A stretch of 64,000 nt of DNA. Source: Auanema rhodensis. Its lineage: Eukaryota; Animalia; Nematoda. Positions 42,301 to 58,300 of the stretch are shown in pieces (position 1 is the first letter of the stretch; each line of letters starts with the position of its first letter). The position numbers and the translations under genes were made by a program. The notes under the pieces were generated by a model. That model had not been told where the DNA came from. It saw nothing but the letters and a program-made list of their open reading frames with translations, and made no database searches. The stretch lies in assembly GCA_964057225.1 (NCBI GenBank), contig OZ059895.1, forward strand, positions 9,858,001-9,922,000, read 5' to 3'.

Positions 42301-43621
42301 CAATTTTATTTCTATATTACAGTTATAAACCAAAAGATAATGAACCTTCATCTTGACTTTAGTGTTTCTATCCATTTCATATCGAAACAAACATTGTTTA
42401 AACACTATGCAACTATGAAACATTTTTTAATTTATTATATTTGGAGCTCATAAGAATTGATATCATTGAGGGATCCAGATAAAACGTGGAAAATTACATA
42501 ACTAACATGAAATTGGAAAAAAAACTATAACGGGGATAAGTATGTTAACGATTGAATATCAGATATTTTCGCTTATCGCTATATCACGTTGAAAGTATGC
42601 CATACAGCTGATTTTCAATTTTATCTCTTCCGTAACATATGTTTTCAATTTTCAAGCAGTTTTACTTAAATAGCTCAACCAAAGGAGAGCAAATTATCTT
42701 CAATCTTATTTCTATATTACAGTTATAAACCAGTAGTTGTTGAACCTTCATCTTAACTTTACTGTTTCTATCTATTTCCTATCAAAACAAACATTGTTTA
42801 AACACTATGCAACTATGAAACCTTTTTTAATTTATTGTATTAGGAGCTCATAAGAGTTGATATCATCGAGGGATCCAGATGGAAGGTGGAAAATTACATA
42901 ACTAACATGAAATTGGAAAAAAAAGTATAACGAGGATAAGTAGGTAAACCATTGAATATCAGATATTTTCGCTCACGACCATACCACGTTGAAAGTACGC
43001 CATACAGCTGATTTTCAATTTTATCTCTTCCGTAACATATGTTTTCAATTTTCAAGCAGTTTCACTTAAATAGCTCAACCAAAGGAGAGCAAATTATCTT
43101 CAATCTTATTTCTATATTACAGTTATAAACCAGTAGTTGTTGAACCTTCATCTTAACTTTACTGTTTCTATCTATTTCCTATCGAAACAAACATTGTTCA
43201 AACACTATGCAACTATGAAACCTTTTTTAATTTATTGTATTTGGAGCTCATAAAATTTGATATCATTGAGGGATCCAGATGAAACGTGGAAAATTACATA
43301 ACTAACATGAAATTGGAAAAAAAACTATAACGGGGATAAGTAGGTAAACCATTGAATATCAGATAATTTCGCTTACGACCATACCACGTTGAAAGTACGC
43401 CATACAGCTGATTTTCAATTTTATCTCTTCCGTAACATATGTTTTCAATTTTCAAGCACTTTTACTCAGATAGCTCAACCAAAGGAAAGCAAATTATCTT
43501 TAATTTTATTTCTATATTACAGTTATAAACCAAAAGATAATGAACCTTCATCTTGACTTTACTGTTTCTATCCATTTCCTATCGAAACAAACATTGTTTA
43601 AACACTATGCAACTATGAAAC
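36364..43621. repeat. Tandem higher-order repeat, 9-mer (3600 bp) x2, partly built from a 1200-bp 3-mer
   Basis: Lines match at +3600. The private SNP TAGGAGCTC occurs at 39241 and 42841, and the hybrid monomer TAAGATTTGATATCATCGAG at 37651 and 41251. The match breaks at 36362/39962 and 40022/43622. Confidence 0.88.
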
Positions 43622-46600
43622 CTTTTTTAATTTATTGTATTTGGAGCTCATAAGATTTGATATCATTGAGGGATCCAGATGAAACGTGAAAAATTACATA
43701 ACTAACATGAAATTGGAAAAAAAACTATAACGAGGATAAGTAGGTAAACCATTGAATATCAGATATTTTCGCTCACGACCATACCACGTTGAAAGTACGC
43801 CATACAGCTGATTTTCAATTTTATCTCTTCCGTAACATATGTTTTCAATTTTCAAGCAGTTTTACTTAAATAGCTCAACCAAAGGAGAGCAAATTATCTT
43901 CAATCTTATTTCTATATTACAGTTATAAACCAGTAGTTGTTGAACCTTCATCTTAACTTCACTGTTTCTATCTATTTCCTATCAAAACAAACATTGTTTA
44001 AACACTATGCAACTATGAAACCTTTTTTAATTTATTGTATTTGGAGCTCATTAGAGTTGATATCATCGAGGGATCCAGATGGAAGGTGGAAAATTACATA
44101 ACTAACATGAAATTGGAAAAAAAACTATAACGGGGATAAGTAGGTAAACCATTGAAAATCAGATATTTTCGCTTACGACCATACCACGTTGAAAGTACGC
44201 CATACAGCTGATTTTCAATTTTATCTTTTCCGTAACAAATGTTTTCAATTTTCAAACAGTTTTACTTAGATAGCTCAACCAAGGGAAAGCAAATTATCTT
44301 CAATCTTATTTCTATATTACAGTTATAAACCAAAAGATAATGAACCTTCATCTTGACTTTACTGTTTCTATCCATTTCCTATCGAAACAAACATTGTTTA
44401 AACACTATGCAACTATGAAACCTTTTTTAATTTATTATATTTGGAGCTCATAAGAATTGATATCATTGAGGGATCCAGATGAAACGTGGAAAATTACATA
44501 ACTAACATGAAATTGGAAAAAAAAACTATAACGGGGATAAGTATGTTAACGATTGAATATCAGATATTTTCGCTTATCGCTATATCACGTTGAAAGTATG
44601 CCATACAGCTGATTTTCAATTTTATCTCTTCCGTAACATATGTTTTCAATTTTCAAGCAGTTTCACTTAAATAGCTCAACCAAAGGAGAGCAAATTATCT
44701 TCAATCTTATTTTTATATTACAGTTATAAACCAGTAGTTGTTGAACCTTCATCTTAACTTTACTGTTTCTATCTATTTCCTATCAAAACAAACATTGTTT
44801 AAACACTATACAACTGTGAAACCTTTTTTAATTTATTGTATTTGGAGCTCATAATATTTGATATCATCGAGGGATCCAGATGGAAGGTGGAAAATTACAT
44901 AACTAACATGAAATTGGAAAAAAAAGTATAACAAGGAGAAGTATGTTAACGATTGAATATCAGATATTTTCGCTTACGACCATACCACGATGAAAGTACG
45001 CCATACAGCTGATTTTCAATTTTATCTCTTCCGTAACATATGTTTTCAATTTTCAAGCACTTTTACTCAGATAGCTCAACCAAAGGAAAGCAAATTATCT
45101 TCAATTTTATTTCTATATTACAGTTATAAACCAAAAGATAATGAACCTTCATCTTGACTTTACTGTTTCTATCCATTTCCTATCGAAACAAACATTGTTT
45201 AAACACTATGCAACTATGAAACCTTTTTTAATTTATTATATTTGGAGCTCATAAGAATTGATATCATTGAGGGATCCAGATGAAACGTGGAAAATTACAT
45301 AACTAACATGAAATTGGAAAAAAAACTATAACGGGGATAAGTATGTTAACGATTGAATATCAGATATTTTCGCTTATCGCTATATCACGTTGAAAGTATG
45401 CCATACAGCTGATTTTCAATTTTATCTCTTCCGTAACATATGTTTTCAATTTTCAAGCAGTTTCACTTAAATAGCTCAACCAAAGGAGAGCAAATTATCT
45501 TCAATCTTATTTCTATATTACAGTTATAAACCAGTAGTTGTTGAACCTTCATCTTAACTTTACTGTTTCTATCTATTTCCTATCGAAACAAACATTGTTC
45601 AAACACTATGCAACTATGAAACCTTTTTTAATTTATTGTATTTGGAGCTCATAAAATTTGATATCATTCAGGGATCCAGATGAAACGTGGAAAATAACAT
45701 AACTAACATGAAATTGGAAAAAAAAGTATAACGAGGATAAGTAGGTAAACCATTGAATATCAGATATTTTCGCTTACGACCATACCACGTTGAAAGTACG
45801 CCATACAGCTGATTTTCAATTTTATCTCTTCGGTAACATATGTTTTCAATTTTCAAGCAGTTTTACTTAAATAGCTCAACCAAAGGAGAGCAAATTATCT
45901 TCAATCTTATTTCTATATTACAGTTATAAACCAGTAGTTGTTGAACCTTCATCTTAACTTTACTGTTTCTATCTATTTCCTATCAAAACAAACATTGTTT
46001 AAACACTATGCAACTATGAAACCTTTTTTAATTTATTGTATTTGGAGCTCATAAGAGTTGATATCATCGAGGGATCCAGATGAAAGGTGGAAAATTACAT
46101 AACTAACATGAAATTGGAAAAAAAACTATAACGGGGATAAGTAGGTAAACCATTGAATATCAGATAATTTCGCTTACGACCATACCACGTTGAAAGTACG
46201 CCATACAGCTGATTTTCAATTTTATCTCTTCCGTAACATATGTTTTCAATTTTCAAGCACTTTTACTCAGATAGCTCAACCAAAGGAAAGCAAATTATCT
46301 TTAATTTTATTTCTATATTACAGTTATAAACCAAAAGATAATGAACCTTCATCTTGACTTTACTGTTTCTATCCATTTCCTATCGAAACAAACATTGTTT
46401 AAACACTATGCAACTATGAAACCTTTTTTAATTTATTGTATTTGGAGCTCATAAGATTTGATATCATTGAGGGATCCAGATGAAACGTGAAAAATTACAT
46501 AACTAACATGAAATTGGAAAAAAAACTATAACGAGGATAAGTAGGTAAACCATTGAATATCAGATATTTTCGCTTACGACCATACCACGATGAAAGTACG

Positions 46601-49600
46601 CCATACAGCTGATTTTCAATTTTATCTTTTCCGTAACAAATGTTTTCAATTTTCAAACAGTTTTACTTAGATAGCTCAACCGAGGGAAAGCAAATTATCT
46701 TCAATTTTATTTCTATATTACAGTTATAAACCAGTAGGTAATGAAACCTTCATCTTGAATTTACTGTTTCTATCTATTTCCTATCGAAACAAACATTGTT
46801 CAAACACTATGCAACTATGAAACCTTTTTTAATTTATTGTATTTGGAGCTCATAAAATTTGATATCATTGAGGAATCCAGATGAAACGTGGAAAATTACA
46901 TAACTAACATGAAATTGGAAAAAAAACTATAACGGGGATAAGTATGTTAACGATTGAATATCAGATATTTTCGCTTATCGCTATATCACGTTGAAAGTAT
47001 GCCATACAGCTGATTTTCAATTTTATCTCTTCCGTAACATATGTTTTCAATTTTCAAGCAGTTTCACTTAAATAGCTCAACCAAAGGAGAGCAAATTATC
47101 TTCAATCTTATTTCTATATTACAGTTATAAACCAGTAGTTGTTGAACCTTCATCTTAACTTTACTGTTTCTATCTATTTCCTATCGAAACAAACATTGTT
47201 CAAACACTATGCAACTATGAAACCTTTGTTAATTTATTGTATTTGGAGCTCATAAAATTTGATATCATTGAGGGATCCAGATGAAACGTGGAAAATAACA
47301 TAACTAACATGGAATTGGAAAAAAAAGTATAACGAGGATAAGTAGGTAAACCATTGAATATCAGATATTTTCGCTCACGACCATACCACGTTGAAAGTAC
47401 GCCATACAGCTGATTTTCAATTTTATCTCTTCCGTAACATATGTTTTCAATTTTCAAGCAGTTTTACTTAAATAGCTCAACCAAAGGAGAGCAAATTATC
47501 TTCAATCTTATTTCTATATTACAGTTATAAACCAGTAGTTGTTGAACCTTATTTCCTATCAAAACAAACATTGTTTAAACACTATACAACTGTGAAACCT
47601 TTTTTAATTTATTGTATTTGGAGCTCATAATATTTGATATCATCGAGGGATCCAGATGGCAGGTGGAAAATTACATAACTAACATGAAATTGGAAAAAAA
47701 AGTATAACAAGGAGAAGTATGTTAACGATTGAATATCAGATATTTTCGCTTACGACCATACCACGATGAAAGTACGCCATACAGCTGATTTTCAATTTTA
47801 TCTCTTCCGTAACATATGTTTTCAGTTTTCAAGCAGTTTTACTTAAATAGCTCAACCAAAGGAGAGCAAATTATCTTCAATCTTATTTCTATATTACAGT
47901 TATAAACCAGTAGTTGTTGAACCTTCATCTTAACTTTACTGTTTCTATCTATTTCCTATCAAAACAAACATTGTTTAAACACTATACAACTGTGAAACCT
48001 TTATTAATTTATTGTATTTGGAGCTCATAATATTTGATATCATCGAGGGATCCAGATGGAAGGTGGAAAATTACATAACTAACATGAAATTGGAAAAAAA
48101 AGTATAACAAGGAGAAGTATGTTAACGATTGAATATCAGATATTTTCGCTTACGACCATACCACGATGAAAGTACGCCATACAGCTGATTTTCAATTTTA
48201 TCTCTTCCGTAACATATGTTTTCAGTTTTCAAGCAGTTTTACTTAAATAGCTCAACCAAAGGAGAGCAAATTATCTTCAATCTTATTTCTATATTACAGT
48301 TATAAACCAGTAGTTGTTGAACCTTCATCTTAACTTTACTGTTTCTATCTATTTCCTATCGAAACAAACATTGTTCAAACACTATGCAACTATGAAACCT
48401 TTTTTAATTTATTGTATTTGGAGCTCATAAAATTTGATATCATTGAGGGATCCAGATGAAACGTGGAAAATAACATAACTAACATGGAATTGGAAAAAAA
48501 AGTATAACGAGGATAAGTAGGTAAACCATTGAATATCAGATATTTTCGCTCACGACCATACCACGTTGAAAGTACGCCATACAGCTGATTTTCAATTTTA
48601 TCTCTTCCGTAACATATGTTTTCAATTTTCAAGCAGTTTTACTTAAATAGCTCAACCAAAGGAGAGCAAATTATCTTCAATCTTATTTCTATATTACAGT
48701 TATAAACCAGTAGTTGTTGAACCTTATTTCCTATCAAAACAAACATTGTTTAAACACTATACAACTGTGAAACCTTTTTTAATTTATTGTATTTGGAGCT
48801 CATAATATTTGATATCATCGAGGGATCCAGATGGCAGGTGGAAAATTACATAACTAACATGAAATTGGAAAAAAAAGTATAACAAGGAGAAGTATGTTAA
48901 CGATTGAATATCAGATATTTTCGCTTACGACCATACCACGATGAAAGTACGCCATACAGCTGATTTTCAATTTTATCTCTTCCGTAACATATGTTTTCAG
49001 TTTTCAAGCAGTTTTACTTAAATAGCTCAACCAAAGGAGAGCAAATTATCTTCAATCTTATTTCTATATTACAGTTATAAACCAGTAGTTGTTGAACCTT
49101 CATCTTAACTTTACTGTTTCTATCTATTTCCTATCAAAACAAACATTGTTTAAACACTATACAACTGTAAAACCTTTTTTAATTTATTGTATTTGGAGCT
49201 CATAATATTTGATATCATCGAGGGATCCAGATGGAAGGTGGAAAATTACATAACTAACATGAAATTGGAAAAAAAAGTATAACAAGGAGAAGTATGTTAA
49301 CGATTGAATATCAGATATTTTCGCTTACGACCATACCACGATGAAAGTACGCCATACAGCTGATTTTCAATTTTATCTCTTCCGTAACATATGTTTTCAA
49401 TTTTCAAGCAGTTTCACTTAAATAGCTCAACCAAAGGAGAGCAAATTATCTTCAATCTTATTTCTATATTACAGTTATAAACCAGTAGTTGTTGAACCTT
49501 CATCTTAACTTTACTGTTTCTATCTATTTCCTATCGAAACAAACATTGTTCAAACACTATGCAACTATGAAACCTTTTTTAATTTATTGTATTTGGAGCT

Positions 49601-52600
49601 CATAAAATTTGATATCATTGAGGGATCCAGATGAAACGTGGAAAATAACATAACTAACATGGAATTGGAAAAAAAAGTATAACGAGGATAAGTAGGTAAA
49701 CCATTGAATATCAGATATTTTCGCTCACGACCATACCACGTTGAAAGTACGCCATACAGCTGATTTTCAATTTTATCTCTTCCGTAACATATGTTTTCAA
49801 TTTTCAAGCAGTTTTACTTAAATAGCTCAACCAAAGGAGAGCAAACTATCTTCAATCTTATTTCTATATTACAGTTATAAACCAGTAGTTGTTGAACCTT
49901 CATCTTAACTTCACTGTTTCTATCTATTTCCTATCAAAACAAACATTGTTTAAACACTATGCAACTATGAAACCTTTTTTAATTTATTGTATTTGGAGCT
50001 CATTAGAGTTGATATCATCGAGGGATCCAGATGGAAGGTGGAAAATTACATAACTAACATGAAATTGGAAAAAAAACTATAACGGGGATAAGTAGGTAAA
50101 CCATTGAAAATCAGATATTTTCGCTTACGACCATACCACGTTGAAAGTACGCCATACAGCTGATTTTCAATTTTATCTCTTCCGTAACATATGTTTTCAA
50201 ATTTCAAGCAGTTTTACTTAAATAGCTCAACCAAAGGAGAGCAAATTATCTTCAATCTTATTTCTATATTACAGTTATAAACCAGTAGTTGTTGAACCTT
50301 CATCTTAACTTTACTGTTTCTATCTATTTCCTATCAAAACAAACATTGTTTAAACACTATGCAACTATGAAACCTTTTTTAATTTATTGTATTTGGAGCT
50401 CATAAGAGTTGATATCATCGAGGGATCCAGATGGAAGGTGGAAAATTACATAACTAACATGAAATTGGAAAAATAACTATAACGGGGATAAGTATGTTAA
50501 CGATTGAATATCAGATATTTTCGCTTATCGCTATATCACGTTGAAAGTATGCCATACAGCTGATTTTCAATTTTATCTCTTCCGTAACATATGTTTTCAA
50601 TTTTCAAGCAGTTTTACTTAAATAGCTCAACCAAAGGAGAGCAAATTATCTTCAATCTTATTTCTATATTACAGTTATAAACCAGTAGTTGTTGAACCTT
50701 CATCTTAACTTTACTGTTTCTATCTATTTCCTATCAAAACAAACATTGTTTAAACACTATGCAACTATGAAACCTTTTTTAATTTATTGTATTTGGAGCT
50801 CATAAGAGTTGATATCATCGAGGGATCCAGATGGAAGGTGGAAAATTACATAACTAACATGAAATTGGAAAAATAACTATAACGGGGATAAGTATGTTAA
50901 CGATTGAATATCAGATATTTTCGCTTACGACCATACCACGTTGAAATTACGCCATACAGCTGATTTTCAATTTTATCTCTTCCGTAACATATGTTTTCAA
51001 TTTTCAAGCACTTTTACTCAGATAGCTCAACCAAAGGAAAGCAAATTATCTTCAATTTTATTTCTATATTACAGTTATAAACCAAAAGATAATGAACCTT
51101 CATCTTGACTTTAGTGTTTCTATCCATTTCCTATCGAAACAAACATTGTTTAAACACTATGCAACTATGAAACATTTTTTAATTTATTATATTTGGAGCT
51201 CATAAGAATTGATATCATTGAGGGATCCAGATAAAACGTGGAAAATTACATAACTAACATGAAATTGGAAAAAAAACTATAACGGGGATAAGTATGTTAA
51301 CGATTGAATATCAGATATTTTCGCTTATCGCTATATCACGTTGAAAGTATGCCATACAGCTGATTTTCAATTTTATCTCTTCCGTAACATATGTTTTCAA
51401 TTTTCAAGCAGTTTTACTTAAATAGCTCAACCAAAGGAGAGCAAATTATCTTCAATCTTATTTCTATATTACAGTTATAAACCAGTAGTTGTTGAACCTT
51501 CATCTTAACTTTACTGTTTCTATCTATTTCCTATCAAAACAAACATTGTTTAAACACTATGCAACTATGAAACCTTTTTTAATTTATTGTATTTGGAGCT
51601 CATAAGAGTTGATATCATCGAGGGATCCAGATGGAAGGTGGAAAATTACATAACTAACATGAAATTGGAAAAAAAAGTATAACGAGGATAAGTAGGTAAA
51701 CCATTGAATATCAGATATTTTCGCTCACGACCATACCACGTTGAAAGTACGCCATACAGCTGATTTTCAATTTTATCTCTTCCGTAACATATGTTTTCAA
51801 TTTTCAAGCAGTTTCACTTAAATAGCTCAACCAAAGGAGAGCAAATTATCTTCAATCTTATTTCTATATTACAGTTATAAACCAGTAGTTGTTGAACCTT
51901 CATCTTAACTTTACTGTTTCTATCTATTTCCTATCGAAACAAACATTGTTCAAACACTATGCAACTATGAAACCTTTTTTAATTTATTGTATTTGGAGCT
52001 CATAAAATTTGATATCATTGAGGGATCCAGATGAAACGTGGAAAATTACATAACTAACATGAAATTGGAAAAAAAACTATAACGGGGATAAGTAGGTAAA
52101 CCATTGAATATCAGATAATTTCGCTTACGACCATACCACGTTGAAAGTACGCCATACAGCTGATTTTCAATTTTATCTCTTCCGTAACATATGTTTTCAA
52201 TTTTCAAGCACTTTTACTCAGATAGCTCAACCAAAGGAAAGCAAATTATCTTTAATTTTATTTCTATATTACAGTTATAAACCAAAAGATAATGAACCTT
52301 CATCTTGACTTTACTGTTTCTATCCATTTCCTATCGAAACAAACATTGTTTAAACACTATGCAACTATGAAACCTTTTTTAATTTATTGTATTTGGAGCT
52401 CATAAGATTTGATATCATTGAGGGATCCAGATGAAACGTGAAAAATTACATAACTAACATGAAATTGGAAAAAAAACTATAACGAGGATAAGTAGGTAAA
52501 CCATTGAATATCAGATATTTTCGCTCACGACCATACCACGTTGAAAGTACGCCATACAGCTGATTTTCAATTTTATCTCTTCCGTAACATATGTTTTCAA

Positions 52601-55340
52601 TTTTCAAGCAGTTTTACTTAAATAGCTCAACCAAAGGAGAGCAAATTATCTTCAATCTTATTTCTATATTACAGTTATAAACCAGTAGTTGTTGAACCTT
52701 CATCTTAACTTCACTGTTTCTATCTATTTCCTATCAAAACAAACATTGTTTAAACACTATGCAACTATGAAACCTTTTTTAATTTATTGTATTTGGAGCT
52801 CATTAGAGTTGATATCATCGAGGGATCCAGATGGAAGGTGGAAAATTACATAACTAACATGAAATTGGAAAAAAAACTATAACGGGGATAAGTAGGTAAA
52901 CCATTGAAAATCAGATATTTTCGCTTACGACCATACCACGTTGAAAGTACGCCATACAGCTGATTTTCAATTTTATCTTTTCCGTAACAAATGTTTTCAA
53001 TTTTCAAACAGTTTTACTTAGATAGCTCAACCAAGGGAAAGCAAATTATCTTCAATCTTATTTCTATATTACAGTTATAAACCAAAAGATAATGAACCTT
53101 CATCTTGACTTTACTGTTTCTATCCATTTCCTATCGAAACAAACATTGTTTAAACACTATGCAACTATGAAACCTTTTTTAATTTATTATATTTGGAGCT
53201 CATAAGAATTGATATCATTGAGGGATCCAGATGAAACGTGGAAAATTACATAACTAACATGAAATTGGAAAAAAAAACTATAACGGGGATAAGTATGTTA
53301 ACGATTGAATATCAGATATTTTCGCTTATCGCTATATCACGTTGAAAGTATGCCATACAGCTGATTTTCAATTTTATCTCTTCCGTAACATATGTTTTCA
53401 ATTTTCAAGCAGTTTCACTTAAATAGCTCAACCAAAGGAGAGCAAATTATCTTCAATCTTATTTTTATATTACAGTTATAAACCAGTAGTTGTTGAACCT
53501 TCATCTTAACTTTACTGTTTCTATCTATTTCCTATCAAAACAAACATTGTTTAAACACTATACAACTGTGAAACCTTTTTTAATTTATTGTATTTGGAGC
53601 TCATAATATTTGATATCATCGAGGGATCCAGATGGAAGGTGGAAAATTACATAACTAACATGAAATTGGAAAAAAAAGTATAACAAGGAGAAGTATGTTA
53701 ACGATTGAATATCAGATATTTTCGCTTACGACCATACCACGATGAAAGTACGCCATACAGCTGATTTTCAATTTTATCTCTTCCGTAACATATGTTTTCA
53801 ATTTTCAAGCACTTTTACTCAGATAGCTCAACCAAAGGAAAGCAAATTATCTTCAATTTTATTTCTATATTACAGTTATAAACCAAAAGATAATGAACCT
53901 TCATCTTGACTTTACTGTTTCTATCCATTTCCTATCGAAACAAACATTGTTTAAACACTATGCAACTATGAAACCTTTTTTAATTTATTATATTTGGAGC
54001 TCATAAGAATTGATATCATTGAGGGATCCAGATGAAACGTGGAAAATTACATAACTAACATGAAATTGGAAAAAAAACTATAACGGGGATAAGTATGTTA
54101 ACGATTGAATATCAGATATTTTCGCTTATCGCTATATCACGTTGAAAGTATGCCATACAGCTGATTTTCAATTTTATCTCTTCCGTAACATATGTTTTCA
54201 ATTTTCAAGCAGTTTCACTTAAATAGCTCAACCAAAGGAGAGCAAATTATCTTCAATCTTATTTCTATATTACAGTTATAAACCAGTAGTTGTTGAACCT
54301 TCATCTTAACTTTACTGTTTCTATCTATTTCCTATCGAAACAAACATTGTTCAAACACTATGCAACTATGAAACCTTTTTTAATTTATTGTATTTGGAGC
54401 TCATAAAATTTGATATCATTCAGGGATCCAGATGAAACGTGGAAAATAACATAACTAACATGAAATTGGAAAAAAAAGTATAACGAGGATAAGTAGGTAA
54501 ACCATTGAATATCAGATATTTTCGCTTACGACCATACCACGTTGAAAGTACGCCATACAGCTGATTTTCAATTTTATCTCTTCGGTAACATATGTTTTCA
54601 ATTTTCAAGCAGTTTTACTTAAATAGCTCAACCAAAGGAGAGCAAATTATCTTCAATCTTATTTCTATATTACAGTTATAAACCAGTAGTTGTTGAACCT
54701 TCATCTTAACTTTACTGTTTCTATCTATTTCCTATCAAAACAAACATTGTTTAAACACTATGCAACTATGAAACCTTTTTTAATTTATTGTATTTGGAGC
54801 TCATAAGAGTTGATATCATCGAGGGATCCAGATGAAAGGTGGAAAATTACATAACTAACATGAAATTGGAAAAAAAACTATAACGGGGATAAGTAGGTAA
54901 ACCATTGAATATCAGATAATTTCGCTTACGACCATACCACGTTGAAAGTACGCCATACAGCTGATTTTCAATTTTATCTCTTCCGTAACATATGTTTTCA
55001 ATTTTCAAGCACTTTTACTCAGATAGCTCAACCAAAGGAAAGCAAATTATCTTTAATTTTATTTCTATATTACAGTTATAAACCAAAAGATAATGAACCT
55101 TCATCTTGACTTTACTGTTTCTATCCATTTCCTATCGAAACAAACATTGTTTAAACACTATGCAACTATGAAACCTTTTTTAATTTATTGTATTTGGAGC
55201 TCATAAGATTTGATATCATTGAGGGATCCAGATGAAACGTGAAAAATTACATAACTAACATGAAATTGGAAAAAAAACTATAACGAGGATAAGTAGGTAA
55301 ACCATTGAATATCAGATATTTTCGCTTACGACCATACCAC
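41260..55340. repeat. 22-monomer-offset duplication (8752 bp): ~41260-46590 repeated at ~50010-55340
   Basis: Markers at +8752: ATTGAAAATC (41351/50103), TTCAAACAGT...CCAAGGGAAA (44251/53003), an A9 tract (~44517/53269) and the 62-aa ORF variant (45668/54420). Confidence 0.87.
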
Positions 55341-58300
55341 GTTACAAGTACGCCATACAGCTGATTTTCAATTTTATCTCTTCTGTAACAAATGTTTTCA
55401 ATTTTCAAGCACTTTTACTCAGATAGCTCAACCAAAGGAAAGCAAATTATCTTCAATTTTATTTCTATATTACAGTTATAAACCAAAAGATAATGAACCT
55501 TCATCTTGACTTTACTGTTTCTATCCATTTCCTATCGAAACAAACATTGTTTAAACACTATGCAACTATGAAACCTTTTTTAATTTATTATATTTGGAGC
55601 TCATAAGAATTGATATCATTGAGGGATCCAGATGAAACGTGGAAAATTACATAACTAACATGAAATTGGAAAAAAAACTATAACGGGGATAAGTATGTTA
55701 ACGATTGAATATCAGATATTTTCGCTTATCGCTATATCACGTTGAAAGTATGCCATACAGCTGATTTTCAATTTTATCTCTTCCGTAACATATGTTTTCA
55801 ATTTTCAAGCAGTTTCACTTAAATAGCTCAACCAAAGGAGAGCAAATTATCTTCAATCTTATTTCTATATTACAGTTATAAACCAGTAGTTGTTGAACCT
55901 TCATCTTAACTTTACTGTTTCTATCTATTTCCTATCGAAACAAACATTGTTCAAACACTATGCAACTATGAAACCTTTTTTAATTTATTGTATTTGGAGC
56001 TCATAAAATTCGATATCATTGAGGGATCCAGATGAAACGTGGAAAATAACATAACTAACATGAAATTGGAAAAAAAAGTATAACGAGGATAAGTAGGTAA
56101 ACCATTGAATATCAGATATTTTCGCTTACGACCATACCACGTTGAAAGTACGCCATACAGCTGATTTTCAATTTTATCTCTTCCGTAACATATGTTTTCA
56201 ATTTTCAAGCAGTTTTACTTAAATAGCTCAACCAAAGGAGAGCAAATTATCTTCAATCTTATTTCTATATTACAGTTATAAACCAGTAGTTGTTGAACCT
56301 TCATCTTAACTTCACTGTTTCTATCTATTTCCTATCAAAACAAACATTGTTTAAACACTATGCAACTATGAAACCTTTTTTAATTTATTGTATTTGGAGC
56401 TCATAAGAGTTGATATCATCGAGGGATCCAGATGAAAGGTGGAAAATTACATAACTAACATGAAATTGGAAAAAAAACTATAACGGGGATAAGTAGGTAA
56501 ACCATTGAATATCAGATAATTTCGCTTACGACCATACCACGTTGAAAGTACGCCATACAGCTGATTTTCAATTTTATCTCTTCCGTAACATATGTTTTCA
56601 ATTTTCAAGCACTTTTACTCAGATAGCTCAACCAAAGGAAAGCAAATTATCTTTAATTTTATTTCTATATTACAGTTATAAACCAAAAGATAATGAACCT
56701 TCATCTTGACTTTACTGTTTCTATCCATTTCCTATCGAAACAAACATTGTTTAAACACTATGCAACTATGAAACCTTCTTTAATTTATTGTATTTGGAGC
56801 TCATAAGATTTGATATCATTGAGGGATCCAGATGAAACGTGAAAAATTACATAACTAACATGAAATTGGAAAAAAAACTATAACGAGGATAAGTAGGTAA
56901 ACCATTGAATATCAGATATTTTCGCTTACGACCATACCACGTTACAAGTACGCCATACAGCTGATTTTCAATTTTATCTCTTCTGTAACAAATGTTTTCA
57001 ATTTTCAAGCACTTTTACTTAGATAGCTCAACCAAAGGAAAGCAAATTATCTTCAATTTTATTTCTATATTACAGTTATAAACCAGTAGATAATGAACCT
57101 TCATCTTGACTTTACTGTTTCTATCCATTTCCTATCGAAACAAACATTGTTTAAACACTATACAACTGTGAAACCTTTTTTAATTTATTATATTCGGAGC
57201 TCATAAAATTTGATATCATCGAGGGATCCAGATGGAACGTGGAAAATTACATAACTAACATGAAATTGGAAAAAAAAATATAACGAGGATAAGTAGGTAA
57301 ACCATTGAATATCAGATATTTTCGCTTACGACCATACCACGTTGAAAGTACGCCATGCAACTGATTTTCAATTTTATCTTTTCCGTAACAAATGTTTTCA
57401 ATTTTCAAACAGTTTTACTTAGATAGCTCAACCAAGGGAAAGCAAATTATCTTCAATTTTATTTCTATATTACAGTTATAAACCAGTAGGTAATGAACCT
57501 TCATCTTGACTTTACTGTTTCTATCCATTTCCTATCAAAACAAACATTGTTTAAACACTATACAACTGTGAAACCTTTTTTAATTTATTGTATTTGCATC
57601 TCATAAGATTTGATATCATCGAGGGATCCAGATGGAAGGTGGAAAATTACATAACTAACATGAAATTGGAAAAAAAACTATAACGGGGATAAGTATGTTA
57701 ACGATTGAATATCAGATATTTTCGCTTACGACCATACCACGTTAAAAGTACGCCATACAGCTGATTTTCAATTTTATCTCTTCCGTAACAAATCTTTTCA
57801 ATTTTCAAGCACTTTTACTTAGATAGCTCAACCAAAGGAAAGCAAATTATCTTCAAATTTATTTCTATATTACAGTTATAAACCAGTAGGTAATGAAACC
57901 TTCATCTTGAATTTACTGTTTCTATCTATTTCCTATCGAAACAAACATTGTTCAAACACTATGCAACTATGAAACCTTTGTTAATTTATTGTATTTGGAG
58001 CTCATAAAATTTGATATCATTGAGGGATCCAGATGAAACGTGGAAAATAACATAACTAACATGGAATTGGAAAAAAAAGTATAACGAGGATAAGTAGGTA
58101 AACCATTGAATATCAGATATTTTCGCTCACGACCATACCACGTTGAAAGTACGCCATACAGCTGATTTTCAATTTTATCTCTTCCGTAACATATGTTTTC
58201 AATTTTCAAGCAGTTTTACTTAAATAGCTCAACCAAAGGAGAGCAAATTATCTTCAATCTTATTTCTATATTACAGTTATAAACCAGTAGTTGTTGAACC

